From NCBI GenBank assembly GCA_965153455.1, contig OZ234493.1, forward strand, positions 1,550,001-1,614,000: a DNA stretch of 64,000 nt, in the 5' to 3' direction. Position 1 is the first letter of the stretch. Each line of letters opens with the position of its first letter. Of the stretch, positions 55,655-64,000 are shown in pieces. The notes under the pieces were generated by a model, which ran no database searches, was not told the DNA's origin, and worked only from the letters and a program-made list of their open reading frames with translations. The position numbers were made by a program, and so were the translations under genes. Origin of the DNA: Sphagnum compactum (lineage: Eukaryota).

Positions 55655-56522
55655 TGTCGCAACCCTAACATTGGGTTTGAGACTAAGTGTGCAATGCAAG
55701 GGCCCATGAGGCCAAGAGAATGTGTTTAGGTGTGAAAGGTATGGAGCCCAATGATTCCCAAGTGCATTCCCACTTTGGGAGTTGCACTTGTGAGGGAGTT
55801 GTGAATATTTAGAACCTTGAAAAGGAAAACAAGCACCAAATTGGCCCCCCAAGAAACCATTGGAAAGGTCTTGAAGTGTAAATGCTTAAAGTGCCCTCAC
55901 ATTATTCATTTAGATCCAATTTGCATGAGTTATGATCAAAAGAAGGGGCAGGGGTCAAATTGGAAATTTGATTCTCGACCACAAACCCCTTGAAAGCAAG
56001 GGTCAAATGAGTTCCGATTGGGCATGCTATACACCTTTGGAAAGATCCTTTTGAGGGCTATAAGATATCACCCTCACATTTTCAAAAAAGATTCAATTGA
56101 GAAAGATACGAGTGTCCAAAGTTTTAGGACAATAAGAGTCCCAATTTTGGGAGTCCTGGGGAAAAGTGATATTTAGATGTAGTCCTCGCGGAGAGGCACA
56201 AAGTATATTATAAGGAGGGGAGTGGTGTTTCCTCCCAAAGGTTGCGGGCCGTGTAAAATTTGTATTTGAGGTTGTTTTTATTAAGTCTGCCACATCACTT
56301 TTGTTCAATTTGCACTAACCACCCTTTCTTTTTAATTGTGCAAATTGACTTCATCTTGAATTCTCACTTGTGAGTTCGTCCTAGTCTCATCCTAGAGCTC
56401 CAACATGCCCTCCTACCCCTAAAGTGTTGCAAGTTAGGGAGTGTGTTTTAACTTTCTTCTTTTTCCACTGTTTCGCTCTAAGACCCACATTTGGGTCTTT
56501 TAATGAGTTTGGGGGTGCGTCA
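55655..56522. mobile_element. Probable solo LTR or LTR-like element (868 bp)
   Basis: TG...CA ends with imperfect inverted termini TGTCGCAACCC / GGGGTGCGTCA; internal TATAA near 56208; GC higher than the flanks; no coding capacity. The TSD is not canonical. Confidence 0.62.
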
Positions 56523-56609
56523 AACAATGAAGATGTGGGTTCAAATTCCTTAGGCTACATAGGATATTACCTATCAAAAAATAACTTTAGATTAACCACC
56601 AACTAAACA

Positions 56610-57358
56610 AAGGGGGTCAGGTCAAGTGAATTTTTTTTTCTCCAATTAATGGGGCCAATTCATGTGAAAAAAATTTCACAGCAGGTCCTTTCAAATGAAA
56701 TGTTTTTTCACAACTTTTGGGGGTCACTAAAATGAATGTTTTTTTTCCTCCAATGGGGTAACTTTAATGATTTTTTTATTTTTTTTTGTCGCCAATGGAC
56801 TTGATATGTTTTTTCACAACCTATGGCGGTCACTTAAGTGAATGTTGCCTCCACTGGGGTAACTCTAATGTTTGTTTTTGTTTTTGGCGGGTTGTTTCAA
56901 GTGATTTTTTGTTTTCATTCCCAATGGGGGGTCAATTCAAGTGACATTTTTTTCGCCACCAATGGGGGTTCATTTGAAATGATCCTTTTTCCACCACGAA
57001 TGGGGGCTCACTTCAAGTGATTTTTTCCCCCCACCCCCAATGGGGGTAACTTCAAGTGATGTTTTTTTCACCATTTTTTGTTTTCATTCCCAATGGGGGG
57101 TCAATTCAAGTGACATTTTTTTCGCCACCAATGGGGGGTCATTTTAAATGATTTTTTTTCCGTCACTAATGGGGGCACATTTAAAAGATTTTTTTCCCCA
57201 CCCCTATGGAAGGTCACTTCAAGTGACATTTTTTTCGCTGCCAGTGGGGGGTCAATTCAAATGATTTTTTCCCCCGTTACCAATGGGGTGTCACTTCAAG
57301 TGACTTTCTTTTTCACCCCCAATGAAGGGTCATTTCAAGTGAGTTTTTTAGTCCCCCA
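56610..57358. repeat. Minisatellite, ~38-41-bp unit (CACCAATGGGGGTCACTTCAAGTGATTTTTTT-like), about 20 copies
   Basis: Periodic ATGGGGG-TCA...TCAAGTGA-Tn units; higher-order duplication with ~168-bp offset (GTTTTCATTCCCAATGGGGGGTCAATTCAAGTGACATTTTTTTCGCCACCAATGGGGG occurs twice). Confidence 0.9.
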
Positions 57359-59312
57359 AAGGTTTTATTTCTTCACTTTTCTAGTTCATAGGATTCAACT
57401 TTTCTCCCTTCTTGGTGTTAGGGTCATCATTTAGGGTTTTTTGTTATTATGGCTACCCAAGTTTTTATTTAATTCCCTTTGTAGTTGCATAGGGTTATTT
57501 CATCAAGTTGTATTTTAATCTGTGATAATTAAATGATTCTTGGTTGGAAATCGTGACCTATTGAAAGATAATGGGTCTTAAATAAGGTTCATTTAGTCTC
57601 GTTACAAACACACCTTTATGTTTTTAATTCTATTGTGCTCAAATAGAGTTTTTGTTTTGAGATCATTACACTTTGATTTGGTAAGGTCCAAATGGCAAAA
57701 AGAGATGAATGCCCAATTCTTTTAGTGGAAAAATTTGCTCATATAGTTCACAATGTTGTTTTTGAATGTTTATAGCCACTTGTCAATTTCATGTACATTT
57801 CCTTCTAAATCTATGGCTTTTTCATATTGTCATGCAAATGTCATTGATACTCTGGGTACCACCACAATCAGCGTTAGCATTAGAGGAGGTTTGGGTAATT
57901 TTACAATATAATGAGCCATTACAAATGTAACCACTCTTGAATAACAAACTTGTCAATTTTTAACTTCACTTAAGATTAAATGTTTTTCATATAATCTACA
58001 TAGTGTGATGTAATATACATTCAAGAATGACATATAAAAATATGAGTCAATTATATCAACATTTGAAATGAAAAAGGACTAATTAAACACTTGTAACCAG
58101 TTTTGAGGTCTTGAGTAAGTCACATAAAAATGATCAAAATTAATCTAGATTTGTTTGGAAAATTTTCATATTCATGTAGATTGCATAATTATTAGAATTT
58201 ACATGGTTTTGGATCATCATTGGAATTGATATATAAATAAATTATAAAATTTATAATTTATAATTTTCTTTCCAATAACTCTTGGATAAATATAAAGATA
58301 AGTTGTAAAATTCAAAGAAACTAAATTTTATTATGAAAATATATTGTACAAGTCAAATATGTGATTTAAAAATAAAATTTGTGCATGGTTACATGCCATC
58401 TCAATTTTTAATTTCAAGTCCTTGCCCTTTTGAAAGGAACAAAGGAGTTGGGTGTGGTTCATTATATTGTGGACTTGCTTGTTTAATCAAAACAAATGTT
58501 GAATTCATAAGAAAAGGTTGTTTTTTACAACTATAAAATTTTATGTGGAGGCCAAAACAAATTACGACAAAAGAGATTTTGATTGGACAATTGAACTTTC
58601 CACAACCACAAAAATAACAACCATTCGAGCATTTGATTTTCATGTGAGGTTGCATTTTCTACTGAAAGACACCATTTGTAGTTTTTCCCGCCACATGTTT
58701 TAATCGTTTGTTATAACCAACATTCTCTTTGTTGTTATTGGAATGCATGGTGAGATTGATAACAAGTTTGAGCTACTAGTTGTTAATGGGAGCAATCCAA
58801 AAGACATTCAAATTGTAAATCTTTGGAAATCAAGATTTCTAAAAAACATTGTTTTTGGTTTTTCCAACTTGAACTTATAGTGCATTTCTTTGGTTGTAGG
58901 TGAATTTTGCTACCTCATTTCATATTGAGTTCCATGATTTGGTAGAATAATTTCAGAAAAGAATACCTACATTTTGCATTGCGAAAAATACTGCTTGTAG
59001 CAAGAAGGGCAATGTGCATTTGTTCATGATTGCTTTGTCCATCATTGTTCCAATACTATTAGCTTCATTACAAAAAAAATTGAAAAAGGTTTTCAATCTC
59101 CATATCAAACTTGATTGTGCCATAACCTGTAAGGTTAATTTCATTTATTCTTTTTCATTACACTACAATGTTAGATTCCAATGTAAATTGTTAGATTTTA
59201 ATATGTTAGAGTTGATACATTTTAATTTGTTATAACTTTTTACATTCTAATCTAATCTAATATATTAGATTTTTACCAAAAGTTGATAAAAACATCCACA
59301 TTTTCAATACTT

Positions 59313-59410
59313 ACCACCATACCAACATCAACATACCACATATTACATACCCACATATCACCATATACCTCACATACCACATACCAACATACCAACATAT
59401 ACTTCACATA
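59313..59410. repeat. ACCACAT/ACCAACAT simple repeat
   Basis: Degenerate 7-8-bp units. Confidence 0.75.
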
Positions 59411-60814
59411 TTTCCATATTATCTTTATTGTATAGGGGTTTGTTTTTTGCCCCTATTTTTGTATTTTCCAATATTCTATTATCTTGCCTAAAAACTATAC
59501 CATTAGTAAAATTGAAAAGTATCTTGTGAAATTGAAGTCTCCAAATTATAGTGGCAAATTATTTTTATTTTTGTTTCCAAATTAATGGCATTTTGGTGAA
59601 TAGTACATTCGGTAGAATATCAACTAGTTAGTAGTTTTGGTTCAACAAAAGCATGTTTTTCTTTATGCAAGTACATGTTCATTGAATGAATGTGATGAAA
59701 AAATAAATCACATCAAAATTTTAAAGATTTAAAAATACTAAATCAAAAGGCTACAATAAAAATATTTATTTATTTATTATTTAGTGATTTTAAGAATTCT
59801 TTCTAGACTTAGAATTTCTAATTATAGGTGCACATACATGTGCAAGAAATGATCATGCAAAAATCATGTTTAGTTTTCCATAGAAATTTATTTAAACATT
59901 TTTTTCTTGTAAATCAAAATATTGATGCACAATACTATCCTCAAGTGAAAAATTATCACCACCACATAAATTATCTTACCTTCAACAATTCGTTTTTTAT
60001 TACTAAAATTTGTCATGTATACATATTATTTTTAAAAATAATAATATATATGACATGGTGTCTTTTTTCCCCTTTTTTTGGAACACCAACTATGAATAAG
60101 CCCATTAAATGAATAGAAGATCCACCCAATACATATGCAAAGTTATAGTTAGGGTATATAGGTCAATCAATTTCCTATTTACCCTAACCAAGTTTTTTAC
60201 TTGAACTCACAAATATGTATCCTTCCTTGGTTATGCACAAGTCCTACACATGCAATAAGTTGTAATGCAATGGTTCACAAAATGCCTTTCATGTGGTAAA
60301 AGCGCACGTGTTTCTTTGGGGTATAATAGTTTGGAGAAAATATTTTAGATTATACCATGTCCATATCTAGCGAATGTATCCGGATAAAATATATATCGCG
60401 CAACATTGGTCCAATGTTTTATTTTTCAAAGTTTTGGTTTAACAGAAGTGGCAGACTTTTGCATAATAGGGAAAATGGGAATGACTCATAACATTCAAAT
60501 AAAGAGGAAAAAGATCCACAAGATTGACCCATCAAACATGTGTTTCATATGAACCTTTTCTTTGGGGTTGCAATTTCAACTCCTACACTCACGAGCAAAC
60601 CCAATTTTGACTCAAATAGACTGTCAATTAAGTCAACCTATTGTGAGGATTACAAAAAGAAGGCCAACAACAAAGGGTGAAATTACTCTTTTGTGCAATC
60701 TTTGAGCAGCCAGTCAAAGAGAGGTAGAATAAAGTAGAAGACTCCAAACATGGCGAAAAATCCTCCTAAGTGCACACTCAACACTTCAACACTTATCTGC
60801 ATTGCTCCTTAACA

Positions 60815-60975
60815 GGAGCTGAGTAAGCCCCTAAGACCCAAAACCCAGAAATCATAGTGGTCCTCAATTTTGATTCCACTCCTCATACATGAACTCAGTA
60901 ACCCCCCAAGGACCCAAAACCCACCCACTCAGCAGCATAGTGGCCCTCAGTTTTGGTCCAACTCCTCATACATGA
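60815..60975. repeat. Diverged ~80-bp tandem duplication
   Basis: GACCCAAAACCCA...CATAGTGG.CCTCA.TTTTG...ACTCCTCATACATGA occurs twice. Confidence 0.85.
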
Positions 60976-61024
60976 CTTGTTTTTTTCAATTCCCTTAGTG
61001 CTCTACAAACCTGTTCTTTCTTTC

Positions 61025-61632
61025 TGTCATACTGTTGAGCCCAGTGTTGGAAGGTTTTTAAGGGGCGCAATATAAAGGTCCTTCCTTTGCACCTTCCAAC
61101 TTCCAGGTTACCATTTCTATGGATCCCTATCAAATTTACACCAAAAAAACAGTTTAAAAAACCATGGTAGCTTGTGACCTAATGGGTCGATGAATCTGTC
61201 TTATAGACGACCGATTTTCTTCAATTCGCAAAGTGAGTTATGGAAAATTTGGAGTTTTGACTTTTGGTTCATACCTTTCTCTCTGTCTGTGATCATTGAC
61301 GATGGGCTTTGAGTTGTTAAGTACCGTCATACTGTGGGGAGCCCAGTGTTGGGAAGTTTTTTGGATGGAGTTAAAGTTGTTCCCTTGGCACGGTCCAAGT
61401 TCTAGGGTGCCACGACTTCTATGGACCCCTATCAGCTTTACCCCAAAAAAGCCGTTTAAAAAACCATGGTACTTTACGACATAGTGGGTTGATGAATTTG
61501 TCTCGTGGATGAGCACTTTTTTCGATTCACTTTAATCTCAAAGCGTCCTGTGGAAAATTGAGAGTTTGGACTTTTGGTTCAGACCTTTCCCTCTTTCTGT
61601 GGTCATTGATGATGGGCTTTGAGCCATTAGGT
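61025..61632. repeat. Diverged ~300-bp tandem duplication upstream of the receptor gene
   Basis: Units 61025-61322 and 61325-61632 share GTCATACTGT, GAGCCCAGTGTTGG, GTTTAAAAAACCATGGTA, GACTTTTGGTTCA and GATGGGCTTTGAG in order. Confidence 0.9.
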
Positions 61633-62700
61633 CTCATCAGGGAGACACTATCTTTCCCCCCATGAGCTCTGTGGGCTTTTACATTGTCTTCAAGGCACGA
61701 TGTTCTAAGAAAATTGAACAGCCCGACAGTTTTTGAAATGCCCTGCATTCAATCCAGTTACGATTATTACATTACCCTAGGGTCAGTTTTGTCATTAAAC
61801 AATCCTTAAAATAATGAAATGAATTTTCATGAAAACATGAAGCTGAGGTGTGGAAAACCATCAGGCTACAATCTGAATAATTTCACACCTTATATAAGAA
61901 TATCATAGTAGAGCATGAAAAAAAGTAATCTTTAAAGTTTTGTTTTTTAGGCACACGAACAGCAGACCCCACTGCCAAGCTGTTGGCGAAGACCCCAAGT
62001 GAGGCCCAATAGAAGATAGCCGGCAGGAATTTCACCTGCACGCCACTGGTTTTGAACCAGGGTCCCAGGGTCCCAGTGAGCCAGGGGCGAGCGAGCTGCA
62101 GCTGCGGAGTACCACAAATGAATTGAAGAAAATGTGAGGAGAGTTCAGTAGACCGCTGGCTTGAACCATCCTGCATCCATGTTGTGCTTCAACTAACGTT
62201 TTGTTTTTGGTTGAATTGATCGTATTGTGAGCAGCTCGAACGCACTTCTCCCAAGGATCTTTGCTCATCATTACAAGGGGCCTATCTGAGCTTCCTTGTC
62301 TCTCAAGTTTCCGTCCCAGGTTTTTTCCTTCTACTTTATAAGTGGAATTCTTTTTTCTCTTCAAGCTGTCTCTCAAGCTTGTTTGTCAGATCATGTACAA
62401 ACTCGATCATGTACAAGACTCAATTTGATTTCTGAGACGGTTGACGGTGCATTGCTTTAACCTAATTGCTAGTTAAATGCAGACGTCTTTAAAGCGTAGT
62501 TAGTCTAGTAGAGCAGCAATATGAAACCCCTTATAACTCTACATTGGGTCATTGAGATGCAGGCCTTCTTTGTGTTTGACAAAAGCTGAGTTCACAAATC
62601 CTCGTGGAGCAAGCGTCTTTGTAAGCGCCTCTTCCTTGAGCAGTCATCGGCAGGTAAAAGTAGAGTGACGAGCTCAAGTTCATTCAGTTATTTTGAGGTC

Positions 62701-63865
62701 ATGGACAAATGTACGGGAGTATCCGCGGCATGGTTGCTAGTTGCAGTACTAGTGGGAGAAATGTGCATATTCTCCGTTCCAGGACTAGTGTCGGCTGAGA
62801 ATCCACTAGGTTTGTGGCAGATCAATATGGACTATACATCTTTCACTCTTCTAGTGCTAACTTTGTATTCTTATGTACCAGTTAGTAAATTAGCTGTCGA
62901 GATCTCGATAATCTGCCTAGCTCGTCTCTTTGATCCCGAATGCAAAACTGAAGCTACTAGTTCCGAGGACTTATCATGTTAGAATCACATAAGTTATGGG
63001 ATTAAAGCTTCGCATAGGTTATGTCAAATAATACCTTATGTTGGATCATTCAACTAGTTGTTAGAAGTGAAATTCGGAGTTTGTGTGAATCTGACAAGCA
63101 TCGAAAAGGAATCTATCTTCTAGTACTGCTAGTGAAAGATTGCGCGGTTCGATCAAAACAGCAGCAAAGAATTGTTGTCTAGAACTAAATCTCTTAATTA
63201 ATTTGTGCTGCTGGTGTCGAAGGATTTTACGCCCTGCAGGTGGCTTTCCCATCAAGGGACAAGCCTGCGAGTTTTGTTCTCTGTCTCGGTGCAGGATCTT
63301 TCTTCGTAGACTGTGGTTCAGCAGCCAGTTATGTGGATAACATTACTGGAATAACATGGATGCCTGATGATCAGTTTATTGACAGAAACTCTGGTGTAAA
63401 TGCAAACGTCTCCAGTGCCTCCCTATATTATCCCGATTCTTCCGAACTCGCAACCCTTAGATACTTCCCTGATTCTCGCGCCAAGAACTGTTACAGCTTT
63501 CCAGTGACGCCAAATACAATCTATCAGATCAGAGGGACTTTCTTCTATGGCCTTTATGACCATCGAAGCACAGTGCCAAGTTTTGAGATGGTAGTAGATG
63601 GAACAATAGTCGCCTCCATTAACTCCACTTCTGGAGCAGATGTAATGGCTTATCAGGAGGTCAGTTATGCGCCTCAGAGCAACTTGACCTATCTCTGCCT
63701 ATCACGAGATCTCACAAACTCAGTTCCATTTATTTCTGCAATATCTTTAGTATTGGCTAATTATCAACAAAGCGACCTTGCAAATGTCATGACTGTCAAT
63801 CTATATGAAGGATTTTATTACCTGACGCAATTCAGGTGGAACTTTGGTGGAAATGGAATCATCAG
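62701..63865 (+). CDS. Malectin-like domain receptor protein, probably an LRR-I-type receptor-like kinase; 5' part only, join(62701..62809,63295..63865), continues past the window
   Basis: Exon 1 encodes a signal peptide (MDKCTGVSAAWLLVAVLVGEMCIFSVPGLVSA) followed by a phase-1 intron (G|gtttgt..tgcag|GA). Exon 2 has malectin-like motifs GSFFVDCG, WMPDDQF, TLRYFP, KNCYSF, YQIRGTFFYGLYD, LCLS, PFISAISL and RWNFGG. It ends at a donor ATCAG|gtatat in 'IIR', where IRYPDD normally follows. LRR and kinase domains are not visible in the window. Confidence 0.9.
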
Positions 63866-64000
63866 GTATATTCACCAACCAAAATTATGTCCATTCCCGA
63901 TGACTGTGATTATTTTCATTTCATTTCCATACCAATTTGCAACTTCTTGAACTGAGCTGATTAAAAGGTTCTAAATGCAGTGCTAGCCCCTTGTCACAGT

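Noticed and set aside
56610..57358. CRISPR-like periodicity
   Set aside because: The units are contiguous and degenerate with no unique spacers and no cas genes.
63232..63240. Alternative acceptor CCCTGCAG|G in receptor intron 1
   Set aside because: Joining exon 1 here is out of frame with the malectin-like domain and stops at 63340.

Overview
AT-rich, intron-containing land-plant genomic DNA. The repeat families and decayed transposases look moss-like (Sphagnum-type), which is an inference. About 50 kb is gene-free and packed with transposon debris: the 5' LTR and tRNA-iMet primer-binding site of an LTR retrotransposon at the left edge, fossil PIF/Harbinger (both ORFs), hAT and RLE-type non-LTR coding remnants, several MITE families with recognisable TIRs and TSDs, a probable solo LTR, minisatellites and fold-back elements. 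Only two host genes are supportable, both on the + strand: a complete 3-exon pectate lyase (PL1; 50114-52299, 447 aa) and the first two exons of a malectin-like-domain receptor protein (probably an LRR-I receptor-like kinase) that starts at 62701 and runs off the window. I found no convincing new multi-gene system. The most notable observations are a structured pectate lyase leader (uORF inside a hairpin plus a G22 tract 8 nt before the AUG), a recurrent GTCTnnAC target site for CAGTG-ended elements including a same-site double insertion, a near-complete fold-back element, and a dispersed module whose stems are conserved between diverged copies. Most short ORFs in the supplied track are spurious.
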